From: Mobula hypostoma | Lineage: Eukaryota | Length of the DNA stretch: 64,000 bases | Assembly: GCF_963921235.1 (NCBI RefSeq) | Contig: NC_086097.1 | Coordinates: forward strand, 45,386,001 to 45,450,000 | Direction of reading: 5' to 3' | In this document: piece after piece, positions 24,690 through 37,060 of the stretch | How the letters are laid out: each line of letters opens with the position of its first letter | Numbering within the stretch: the stretch's first letter is position 1 | The notes under the pieces: generated by a model | The model's input: only the letters and a program-made list of their open reading frames with translations | Databases searched by the model: none | What the model was told of the DNA's origin: nothing | Program-made: the position numbers and the translations under genes

Positions 24690-25445
24690 TATCTCTCTTA
24701 ATAACTAAGGCCTTCCATTCCAAACAACATCCTCGTGAATCTCATCTGCTCTCTCTCTATTGCTACCCAATCCTTCCTATTGAACTGTACACAATAGTCC
24801 AAGTGTAGCCCAGTGAATGTTTTGTACAGCTGCAATATGATGTCCCAACTCTTATTCTCAATGCTTCAGCCTAGGAAGGCCAGAACATGCCTTCTTCATT
24901 ACCCTATCCACCTGTATCACCACTTTTAGAGAATTATGAACTTTCACCTCAAGGTCTTTTTACACAACAACACTTTTAGGGTCTTTGCTATTTACTGTGT
25001 ATGCCCTAACAGTATTTGACCTCGCACTTGTCTGAATTAAGTTCCATTTACCACTGTATGCCTTAGCTTTCCAGCTGTTTTCTGTCCCTCAGTATTCCTG
25101 GACAATCTTTACCATCGAAAAATCCTACCAATCTTTGTAACATCGGCAAATTTAGTAATCTTACTGCTATGAATCAGATATTTTCTTATCTAAGTCATGT
25201 GTATATATGACAAACAACAGTGGTCTCAGCACTGACCCCAGTGGCACTCCAGTGGTTACAAACTTCTGATTAGAATAGCATCTCTCTACCACATGCTCTG
25301 CCTCCCCAAAACAAGCCACTTTTGCAGTGTGTCAGCATACCTTGGATCCCATGCGTTTTAACCTTCTGGATCAACCATGCAGGACCTTGTCAAAAATGTT
25401 GCTGATGTCCACATGTACCATGTCTACTGCCCTCCCTTCATCAGC
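24690..25445 (-). mobile_element. Decayed CR1 RT fragment
   Basis: DEGRAVDMVHVDISNIFDKVLHG. Confidence 0.75.
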
Positions 25446-25624
25446 TCTCTCAAGGTCAGCTTCTGGATGAGAAGTTCGCACGGCTCTCTGGCCAGACGGA
25501 ACAGTGAAGTCCGCAGAGGATTGCGTTTTTGCCCGTGAGATGGTTTTCCACTTGGACCTCCTGTAACTTTCTTGATCACTAGACTTGATTGCCTCTGGGG
25601 ATGATGGTTGATGGTCCAACTGAA

Positions 25625-27285
25625 GACCTCTGACCAATGGGGTGCCCACTCAGTGTTGGGACCTCTCTTGTTCATTGTTAATAACCATAAGATATAGGAA
25701 CAGAATTCGACTATTCGGCCCATCAAGTCTTCTCCACCATTCCATTATGACTGATTTACTATCCTCTCAACCCCATTCTCCTGCCTCCTCTCCGTAATCT
25801 TCCCAGCATCCTTCTCTGGGCTATCTCCAATGCCAGCACATCTTTTCTTAGATAAGTGGCCCAAAATTACTCACAATACTCCAAGTGTGGTTTGACCAAT
25901 GCTTTATAAAGCCTCAGCATTGCACCATTGCTTTTATATCCTAGTCCTTTTGAAATGACTGCTAACATTGCATTTGCTTTCCTCACCACCGACTCAAACT
26001 GCAAGTTAACCTTTGAGGGATCATGCATGAGGATTCCCAAGTCCCTTTGCATGTCTGATTTTTGAATTTTCTCCTCAATTAGAAAACAGTCTATGCCTTT
26101 ATTCCTTTTACCAAAGTACACGACCATACACTATCTGCCACTTCTTTGTCCATTCTCCCAATTTGTCTGTCCTTCTGTAGACTCCCTGCTTCCTCAGCAC
26201 TGCCTGTCCCTTCACCTATTTTCTTATCTTCCACAGATTTAGCTTCAAAGCCATCAATTACGTTATCCATATCATTGACATATAACATGAAAGGAAATGG
26301 TCCGAATACCGACTTCTACAGAACACCACCAGTCACCAACAGTTAACCAGAAAAGGCCCCCTTTATTCCCACTCTTTGCCTCCTGCCAGTTTGCAAATGA
26401 CACAAAATTAGGGGGCCTTGTTCATAGTGAAGCAGATTACAACGAATCAGGAAGAGACTATGATCAGTTAGAGAGTTGAGGAACGGCAAACGGATTTCAA
26501 CTTGGTTAAATGTGAGGTAATGTACTTTGGACAGTCAAACTAGGGTAAGACTTATACAGTAAATGGCAAGGCATTGACAAGAGTGGAACAGAGGGACCTG
26601 GGAGCACCAGTGCACAGTTCACTGAAAGTGGATGTATAAGTGAACAGGGTGGTGAAGAAAGTTTTTAGTCTATTGTCCTTTATCAGTCAGAGCATCAAAT
26701 TTAGCAGCAGAGACATTATGTTGTGGCTTAATGTCATTGGTGAGCCGCACTTGAAGTATTGTGTATAGTTTCAGTCACTTTGTTATAGGATAGACATTGT
26801 CAAGCTGGAAAAGGTGCAGAAGAGATTTACAAGGATGCTGTCTGAACTAGAGGGCTTGTGCTATGGGGAGAGGTTGGTCACATAGGATCCTTATTCCCTG
26901 GAGCATATAAGGAGGGGTCACCTCACAGTAGTTTATAAAATCATGAGGACTATGGATAAGGTGGACATTCATACCTTCTGCCCAGATTTGGATGGCAGTC
27001 CAGAACAGGACGACACCAATACAAGATAAGAAAGTAGAGATTTAAAAGAGGCCTGAGAAGTCACTTCTTGATACAGAAAGTAGTGAGTATTTGGAATGAG
27101 CTTTCAGAGGGAGTGTTTGAACCAGTACAATTGCAACATTGAAGAGGCATTTGGATAGGTACACGGAGTGAGGGGCTTGGAAGGTTTGTTGGCCAAGTAT
27201 GGGCAACTTGGACGAGCAAGAAGAACACTGCGGTCAGCGTGGACCATTTGAGCCGATTGGCCTGTTTTAGTGCTGTGTTACTGCA
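25625..27285 (+). mobile_element. Decayed CR1 containing a nested minus-strand CR1 (~25684-26388)
   Basis: FANDTKLGG after the insert; nested ORFs LRLYKALVKPHLEYC and LYVNDMD. Confidence 0.8.
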
Positions 27286-27309
27286 TGGCCCTGTGCCATG
27301 CCAACATCT

Positions 27310-27735
27310 TAGAACACAGAACATAGAACAGTACCCCTCAGGACAGGCCCTTCAGCCAGTGATGTCTGTGCCATGCACGATGCCAAATTAAATTGATCCT
27401 ATCACCTGAATGTGATCCATATCCCTCGGTACTCTACATAATGATGAGTCTATCTAAAGGCCTCTAAAATACCACTATCATATCTGCGCCCACCATTACT
27501 TCTTTATGTTATCTTTAACATTCCTACACTGGGATAAAGATTCTGACTGTCTTCTCTATTTACACCTCTCATAAATTCATATAATTCTATCTGTTTTCTC
27601 TCAGACTCCAACATACCAGAGAAACCAACCCAAGTTTGTCCAGCCTCTCTTTATAGCTGATATCTTCTAATCCAAGCAGGATCCTTGTGAACATCTTCTA
27701 TACCCTTTACAAAGCTTCCACGTCCTTCAAGCAAG
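27310..27735 (-). mobile_element. CR1 3' terminal fragment
   Basis: AGAACACAGAACATAGAACAG tail followed by CR1 3' sequence. Confidence 0.7.
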
Positions 27736-30005
27736 GGCAATCAAGTAAAATACAGAAGTTCAAGGTACATCTTCTAAAACCATCTCACATCAAAGTGACA
27801 ATTCCAGGCCAAATTTGAATCACAGAAGGATACTTGACAGTTGTGCCAGGACTTGAATGCAATTACCTCCCACAAAGTGAAACCAAGCAACATAGGTGAC
27901 AACAAGGTTTCGTTCCCAGATGAGCTCAATGACTTTTATGCTCGCTTTGGCCGTCAAAACATGGAGGCAACTACATAGACTCCCGTAGTCCCTGACAACC
28001 CTGTGACTTCAGTCTCTGAGACTAACGTGAGCACATCCTTCAGTGGGGTGAACTCACGGAAAGTGTCCGGCCCAGATGATGTACCTGGGCAAGTACTGAA
28101 GACTTGTGCTAATCAACTGGCTGGAGTGTTCACCGATATCTTTAACTTCTTGCTTCGGCAGTCTAAGTTACCCATCTGCTTCAAGCAGGAAGAATGTGGT
28201 AACCTCCCTCAATTGCCATCGTCCATTAGCACGTACATCCACTGTGATTTATTATTTATTTATTTATTTAGCGATACTGTGTGGAATAGGCCCTTCTGGC
28301 CCTTTGACCTGATGCCGGCCCCCTAGGCCTGAGTTGACATAGTAGTAGTAGTGGCCCTTTGAGCTTTGCCGCCAGCAACCCCAGCTTTAAACCTAGCCTA
28401 ATCATAGGACAATTTATAGGGACCATTTAACTTACTAACAGCTATGTCTTTGGACTGTGGGAGGAAACGGCAACATACAGTGGAATCTCACACATTCCAT
28501 GAGGGGGAATCATACAGAGGATGCTGAGATTGAACTCTGAACTCCAACTCCCTGAGTTGTAATAGTGGCTGGCTGCCACACTACAGTGGTGCCCTTGATG
28601 AAGTGCTTTGAGAGGGTGATGATGAAACATATTAATTCCTGCCTGAGAAACAACTTGGATCCACTCCAATTTGCCTACCGGAGCAACAGGTCGAAAGCAG
28701 ATGCTATTTCATTGGCTCTTCACTCAAACCTGGAACACCTGGACAATGAAAATGCATACGTCAGGATGCTCTTCATTGACTGCTGCTCTGTATTCAACAC
28801 TATTATCTCTCAAAATGAATCAATGAGCCCCAAGACCTAGGCCTCAGTACCTTCCTCGTGCAAATGGATCTTTAATTTTCCCACTTGCAAATCCCAGTCA
28901 GTTCAGCTTGGCAACAACAATCACCACCAGCACAAGGCTGTGTGCTTAGCCCCCTGCTCTATTCGCTTTATACTTATGACTGTGAGGCTAAGCACTGCTG
29001 CAACACCATATTTAAGTTTGCTGATGACACTGCTGTTGTTGGCGAAATAAAAGGTGGTGATGAATCAACATATAGGGTGGAGATTGAAAATCTGTCTGAA
29101 TGTTGCCACAACAATGACCTCTCACACAATATTAGCAAAATCAAAGAGCTAGTTATTGACTTCGGGAAGAGGAAATGGGAGGTTCATGAGCCAGTCCTCA
29201 TCAGAGGATCAGAGGTGGAGATGGGGAGCAACTTTGAATTTTCTCAGTGTCGTCATTTCAGAGGATATATCCTGGGTCCAGCATGCAGGTGCCATTGCAA
29301 AAAAGTCATGGCAGCATCTCAGCTTTCTGAGAAGTCAGCAAAGATTTGTCATGTCACCAAAAACTTTGACAAATGTCTATAGATGCTCAGTGGAGAGTAT
29401 ACTGACTGGTTGCACCGCAGCTTGATACAGAAAAGCCATTGCCCTTGCACGTAAAAGACTACAAAATGTAGTGAATAGGGCTAGTCCGTCATTGCTGAGG
29501 GCCTCCCCACCATTGAGCACATCTACAAGGAGCGCTGCCGCAGGACAGCTGCTTCCACCGTCAAGCACCCACACCATTCAGGCTATGCTCTCTTCCCATT
29601 GCCGTCTTTAGGGAGGAGATACAGGAGCCTTGGGTCCCACCCCACCAGGGTCAGGAACAGTTCCTACCCCTCAACCATCAGGCTCTTGAACCAGTGGGGA
29701 TAACTTCAGCCACCCCAGCTCGGCACTGATTCTGCAACTTTTGGACTTATTTTCAACAGCTGTACCTCTGATGTTCTCAATATTATTTATTACTTTATTG
29801 ATTTTTATTATTTTATTTTTGTATTTGAACAATTTGTTGGTTTTTTTGCACTTGGTTGCTTGTCCACCTTTGATGTGTACAATTTTTCATTGTTTATAAT
29901 GTGTTTCTTTCTATTTACTGTGAATGCCCACAAGAAAATAAATCTTAGGGTTGTATGTGGTGACATTTCTGTACTTTCATAATAAATTTACTTTGAACTC
30001 TGAAC
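27735..30005 (+). mobile_element. Rex/Babar LINE, ~2-kb decayed ORF with RT and 3' UTR
   Basis: [54 protein letters not shown] plus TTTGAAC tail. Confidence 0.92.
28248..28590 (-). mobile_element. V-SINE-like element nested in Rex/Babar
   Basis: Homologous to 6970-8700 without the expansion; TCTTTGGACTGTGGGAGGAAAC. Confidence 0.65.
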
Positions 30006-31239
30006 CTGATTTGTACACAATTCTCTAAATGCTGCCTGAGTCATGTCAGAGAAAGTGCAATTGGTTTTGTCATATAACGTATAGCATACTTTAGAGATAG
30101 TGAATTAGCACAGAGTGGTAAATGAACCTTTTAACGAGCCTGTGAATAATTATTCAAATACAAAATCTGTTCCACACAACACATCTTTGACAACGATGAA
30201 CAAGGGAAATATTAATTAAATTTCTATCAGTGATGAAAATGGTCGGGTAATCTGGCATCTTGGCTTTGCTCCAAGGTAGTATTGTGCCTTAACTGGTTGC
30301 CATAGTGGTGTGCGCACACAGGCACACACTTTCATTTGTGACTGGATGAACGGTTAGGTTTGTATAACAATACTGATTTGCCAATGTAAGGTCAGGTCCG
30401 AGTAGGATGTTTTATCCTTGAGGGCACTGGAAATGCTTGACCATACAGGGTGGTTTAGATCACCAATTCAAGAACTCCAGCCCACCCTGCCTGGTCCATC
30501 ATTCCCATTACAATTGATATCTGCTAGTGAGGGGCCCAATGAATGGATATTTCAGCAGTTATGTGTTGGAGAAAACACTCATGAATAGCTGCTGAGCTCT
30601 CTGGAAGGTATTTGAGCAGTCAGAATCCATCTAATTAAGTCACTAAAATCAACAAGGCATCAATTAACATAGACACAGATACAATAAAAAGCATAATACA
30701 TTGTACTGCAAATGGTCTAGTTAATGGCAGCAATGGATGTAATATGCAGTGCCTGAATTGTGCACATAAAAATCATGTACTAATAGATCCAGTTTCTTGG
30801 CAAATAAACCAAATTTGGCCATAAACCACAATGTTGGCTTCACCCAATCATCAGTGAAATAATGAAAGAAGTCATCACTGTATCTACTCACTGATCATCT
30901 GATCAACAATGCTTCTATTCAATGTACTAGAACCACTTGGCAAAAACACAACAGCTTAATCCCAGATGTAAGCCATTATAGCATACCCACAAAATTAAAA
31001 TCAGTAATGGTCACTAGGAAATTATCTTGATAGCTGGAGTCTTACCAGAGGGACTAAAATATTATGTGTTACTTTTGTAGCTCCAGCTTGTCTAAACGTT
31101 TGAGCCAATATTTGTTTGAACACCTGAGTCTTGTTTTCACAATATGTGCAATGGTTTCAAGAGCTTCAGAAAATGCTTTATGTGATTATTCTCACAGAAA
31201 AACCAGTGGAAATAACTAAAAGAAATATTGAAGCAATTT

Positions 31240-32350
31240 TATTTATTTATTTTATGTTATTTAGCGATACCGCACAGAACAGGCCTTCTGACCCTTTGTA
31301 CCGCACCATCCAGCAACCCCTGACAACCCCGATTTAACCCTAACCTAATCACGGGACAATTTACGATGACTATTGACCTACCTGGTCAGGAGAAAACAGG
31401 AGTACCTGGAGAAAACTCACGTATTCCACAGGGAGGGTTTACAGAGACTCCTTACAGGGGACCGTAAACACAAAATACTCTGCAGATGCTGGGGTCAAAG
31501 CAACACTCACAACACGCTGGAGGAACTCAGCAGGTTGGGCAGCATCCGTGGAAATGATCAGTCAAGGTTTCGGGCCAGAACCCTTCGTCAGGACTGAAGA
31601 GGGAAGGGGCAGAGGCCCTATAAAGAAGGTGGGGGGAGGGTGGGAAGGAGAAGGCTGGTAGGTTCAAGGTGAAAAACCAGTAAAGGGAAAATAAAGGGGT
31701 GGGGGAGGGGAAGCAGGGAGGTGATAGGCAGGAAAGGTGAAGAAGGAATGAGGAAAACACAATGGGTAGTAGAAGGAGGTGAAACCATGAGGGAGGTGAT
31801 AGGCAGCTGGGGGAGGGGGCTAAGTGAAACTGGGGTGGGGTATGCTCATATACCTTCTGGATAGTCTCCAGCCCCTTGGTATGACCATTGAATTCTCCAA
31901 CTTCCGGTAATTCCCTCCCCCTCCCTACCCCCATCTCAGTTTCACTCTGCCCCCTCCCCCAGCTGCCTATCACCTCCCTTATGGTTCCGCCTCCTTCTAC
32001 TACCCATTGTGTTTTCCCCCATTCCTTCTTCACCTTTCTTGCCTATCCCCTCCCTGCTTCCCCTCCCCCACCCCTTTATCTTTCCCCTTACTGGTTTTTC
32101 ACCTGGAACCTACCAGCCTTCTCCCTCCCACCCTCTCCCCACCTCCTTTATAGGGCCTCTGCCCCTTCCCCCTACAGTCCTGACGAAGGGTTCTGGCCCG
32201 AAACGTTGACTGATCATTTCCACGGATGCTGCCCGACTTGCTGAGTTCCTCCAGCGTGTTGTGAGTGTTGCTTACAGGGGACACCAGTATTGAACTCTGA
32301 ACTCCAACGCCACAAGCTGTAGTAGTGTTGTGCTGGCCACTATGCTGTCT
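31240..32350 (-). mobile_element. V-SINE-like element split by a fold-back PLE
   Basis: 31240-31462 and 32271-32350 are colinear with the other SINE copies. Confidence 0.65.
31463..32270. mobile_element. 808-bp fold-back PLE (second subfamily) with ~330-bp inverted arms and two hammerhead motifs (31559-31596 minus; 32175-32212 plus)
   Basis: CAGTC-CTGACGA-AGGGTTCTGGCCC-GAAA-CG-TT-GACTG; centre encodes DSLQPLGMTIEFSNFR; TSD CTTACAGGGGAC at 31451-31462 and 32271-32282. Confidence 0.92.
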
Positions 32351-33954
32351 GAATCAGATAGGCCTGCATCCTCTCATATGCAAATAACTAGAACTCATTA
32401 ACTCCCTTTGAAGCCACAAGTCCACTGTTGCACATCTCGTCAAATTTACTTGTCTTTTGGCCTCCCACACCCATCATTTCATACCTAGACTCAATAGCTT
32501 CTTCTGCAGTTGCAGTCATTTCCAGAAGTTTATAATAATTATACAATAATGCAGCTAGATCCCCCTTTCTTTCTGTACAAAGGCTCAAGGTGAGCATTTC
32601 TATCTGCATCATTGCATGGAATTGGAGTACGTTCAGGAGAAACTATTGATAGCTAGTATTTTGGTTCTATGTTTACGGTGTTAATAAATGTGCTCACAAG
32701 GGGGTGTAGCAGGCACATCATAGGTTTTTGGAGGAAGAAGCAGCCTGCATCATATTTTACACAATTATAACAAGTATATTACAACTGAAGTCTAGTCACT
32801 GTCATAGAGAAAGCTAATTAAAATGTCAAATCGAGAAGAATGTATAATTCAACGTTTATAGAGTTTTGCTCACAAATCTACATACTTATGATATTACCTG
32901 TAACCCAGAAAGTATTTCCTCATGGAGAAGAAAAACGATTGTAGTGATAATTTACAAATTTGCATAGGAATTGGATTTAGGAATAATTTTATTCCTTTCT
33001 ACTCTTTCATGCTTTCTTTGTTCTTTCAACATTATTATAACTGAGAAAATTTGAATGAAATAAACACAAAGCTAAAGGAACCTGCTACATTTAAATAATG
33101 AACTGCTGCTGTTCAGATTCTGCAGGCTGAGGAATTGGGTGAACTCACAAACATTGAAAGAAATAGCTTCAGCTGTTTTATTAGGAATATTTATTAGAAA
33201 TTGGTGATGAAATGGCATAGGATGAGGATTTCCTCTAGTCAATTATGTGTGGTTGCTGTGCAAGTGCAGTCAAAAAGAATATATCCATAATTACTCTTTT
33301 TCTGTCATTCCTATCCATGTAGTCCTCTTCCCCTTCTTTTCCTTATATCTTAAACCTGAAACATTAACTATGTTTCTCTTCAGCAGATGTACTGAGTATT
33401 TCCAGCATTTTAAGTTTCTATTTTAGATTTTCATTTTCTTCATATATTCTTCTTGCAGGCCCATTATTGGCACCATTGAAATCGCCACGTGGGAAAACCA
33501 TGGGGATTCAGAGGATTATGGGGCAGGCACTGTGAAGTTAAAGGGATTACTAATTGGAACTGTTGAAATGTAGGAATCTGGCAATGACAGAATCGGAATA
33601 CGACTATGATTCTGCTTAGGGGAAAAAAAGTTTAATTGACTGAAATGCCAGCAGATAATGAGAGGGCATGTAATGAAAATAATTGTAAAGTTGCATGAAG
33701 GTATTCAGCTTCAGTTCATTTATTGTACATCAGAAATGTTACACTTCAAATGTCTTTGTCTTGACTCTGGTCAAGTAATGTGCTACGTGCCTAATGAGCT
33801 ACCAATAGTAATGGCATTGTTTTATCAACGCATTCAACACCTGATCCAACTTCCTGTCATCTGCAAGTGATCAGAATAGAAAAAGAAGGAGAATTTAAGG
33901 AATTTATAATTCTGAATGGAGCAAAACATTTTTCATTCTGGTCCCTGAGCATAA

Positions 33955-36140
33955 TAACACAAGAACATAAGAAATAGGAGCAGGAATAGGCTATCTGGCC
34001 CATTGAGCCTGTTCCACCATTAAATACGATCATGGCTGATCTGGCAATGGACTTTTTCCCCATATCCCATAATTTCCCTGCTATACAAAAATCTAGCTAC
34101 CTGTTTCTTAAATATGCTTAACGAGATCACCTCTACTGCTTCTCTGGGCAGAGAGTTCTAAAGATTCACTACTCTCTGGTGGTAGGGAGGGGGGAAACCA
34201 GTTTCTCCTCATCCCCATCCTAAATCTATTCCTCTGACCTTGAGCCATGTCCCCTAGTTTTACTATTTCCTATCAGTGGAAATAACTTCCCCGTCTCTAA
34301 CTTATCTATCCCTTTCATAATTCTATATGTTTCTCTAAGATCCCCTCTTATTCTTCAGAGTTCCAGTGAGTATAGTCCCAGGTGTCCCAAACTCTCCTCA
34401 TGGGTAACTCCTCATCTCCAGAATCAATCTTATGAACCTCCTCTGCACTTCCTCCAAAACCTGTATGTCTTTAATCAAGTAAGGATACCAAAACAGTACA
34501 CAGTTGTCCAGGTGCAGTCTCATCTGTTGCATCATAATCTCCCTGCTTTTAAAATTCAATCCCTCTAGCAATGAAGGTCAACATTCCATTTGTCTTCCTG
34601 ATAACCCATTGCACCTGCAACCTAATCTTTTGTGATTATGCACAAACACTCCCAAGTCCTTCTAAATAACAACATGCCACAATTTTTCACTATTTAAATA
34701 ATAATCTGATTTTCTATTTTTCTTTCCAAAGTGGATGACCTTGCATTTACCAACATTGTACTTACTTAATCTATTTATACCTCTTTGTGCATTCTCTGCA
34801 CAATTTGCTTTTCCAGTTAACTTAGTGTCATCAGCAAATTTAGATATGCTGCACTTCGTCCCCACTTCCAAATTGTTAATGAATATCATGAACGGTTGCA
34901 GGCCCAGCACTGACCCCTGCGACACTCTACACACCACTGGCTGCCAACCAGAGAAACACTAATTTATCCCAACTCTCTGCCTTCTTTTGGTTAGGTCAAT
35001 CCTCCATCCATGCTAATATACTAACCTCAGTTCTGTTCATCCTTATCTTATAGACAAGTCTTTTATGCAGCACCTTATTGAGCGCCTTCTGGAAATCTAA
35101 GTGTATAACATCTACCTCTTCCCCTCTATCCACTGTGCTGATTTCATCCTCAAAAAACTCAAGTATGTTTGTCAGTCCCTACCTCTGAGCACAACTACAA
35201 GGAGTGTTGCCGCAAGAAAGCAGCACCCATCACTAAGGAACCCCCCATCATTCAGCCATGCTTTGTTTTTGCTATTGCCATCGGGAAGGACGTTCAGGAG
35301 CCTTAGGTCCCACACCAATAGATTCAGCAACAGTTATTACCCTTCAATCATTCGGCTCCTAAACCAGTGTGACTAGCTCCACTCACCTCAACTCTGAACT
35401 GATTCCATAAACTTATGGACTCACTTTCAAGGACTCTACAACTCATGTACTCGGTATTATTTATTTATTATTACTATATTTTGTACTGCAGAGTTTGTCT
35501 TCTTTAGCAACTTGGTTGTTTGTCCTTGTTTGTGTGGCATTTACTGTATGTACCTTGATAATCAATTTACTTTGAACTTTGGACTTTGAATACATGTGTG
35601 TCTGCGCCCGTTAGAAGCACTTCTATCCAGAAGTCTCGCTACTTCTTCCATGATGATAGTTTAAAGCATTTCCCGACTATAGATGTTAAGCTAATTGGCC
35701 TATAGTTACCTGCCTGTTGCCTACATCCTTTTTTAAACAGTAGCATGACATCCACTGTCTAACACTGAGACCTTGCCAGAGTCCAGAGAATTTTGTTAAG
35801 TTATCACAAACAAATCTACTATAATTTTGCCATTTCTTTCAGTATCCTGGAGACATCCCATCAGAACCAGGGATATTGTCCACCTTTAGGCCCACCATTT
35901 TGCTCCTATCACAGCTATAACATCTCTCTTTGGTATCTTAGACATGTCCTCCACCGTGAAGACCAACACAAGATAGTTGTTCAAAGCTATGGCTGTTTCC
36001 ACATTACCTAATATTAATTCCCCCTTCTCATCTTCCAAGGGACTAACATTCACTTTAGCCGTCCTTTTCTGTTCTATATAATTATAAAAGCATTCACTAC
36101 TCTTTTTATATTTTGTGCTTGTTTACATTCATAATCTTTC
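33955..36140 (-). mobile_element. CR1 LINE (RT and 3' end) split by a plus-strand Rex/Babar 3' fragment (~35175-35590)
   Basis: VSQGSVLG, ISKFADDTK; Rex part HALFLLLPSGRTFRSLRSHTNRFSNSYYP. Confidence 0.85.
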
Positions 36141-37060
36141 TGAGCCTGAAGGTCTGTTCTGATAAATTAGTAACTGTCTGATGAAATGTCCCTGATATTT
36201 TTAATAATGTGAATTAATAATGAGTATTTAGTCTTTCAGATAATCTACAGTCCTGGAGAGGAACTACTCCCAATACTTCACGGATCCGGTAGACTCATTT
36301 GGAAGCATGTTCTGATGTGCTTCACAGGAGACAGGAAGATGTTAAACTGAAGTCTATTCCTGGGCAGGTGAGTTATCACCATTCCATGGTACAATTCAAA
36401 GAAAAGGAAGATGTATTTCCAGTGTCTAACACCTGTAACTGTTCACCTGTTTTCGTATTTCATGTTAGACTGGCTGTTGCTTTTGCACACAGAACACTCT
36501 CTGCACTGAAAAACATTATTGCAACAAATACCTTCAAGTGATAAATGTAACTCATAATATTGTACAAATACTGTTCATTAATTTTAATTGCTTATCTCAA
36601 ACAAATGGAGATTTCTTACATTGTGTTCCATTACTCTCCTTTGAAAATGAATATCACTTTTTTCAACTGGATAATTTAAAACTGAATTTGTAATGCTGAA
36701 CTTACAGTCAAGTTCCTGTGTTTACCATCCATAATCATTTGCTGCTAACTGCATCACTGTCCTCTGACTCTGTTCATCCAACTAACAGATCTCTATATAG
36801 ATTAGAAGCCATTCCTATTATTCATAGTCACATTCATTGACTCTTAGCTGCCCTTCGAAATAATCCAAAAAGCTTTGCAGTTCAGCGGCAATTTAAGAAG
36901 AGCAGTAACTGCTGGCTTGGACAGAAACAGCCACATCTTGTGAATGAGTGAATAAAGAACAACTACCCTTATTTCCAGAGAAATCCATTTACATTCTGTG
37001 TTGTTTTTTGCTTCACCCAAGCACCCCCCTGAAATGTTTGATAGAAGTCACAATTTCAAC

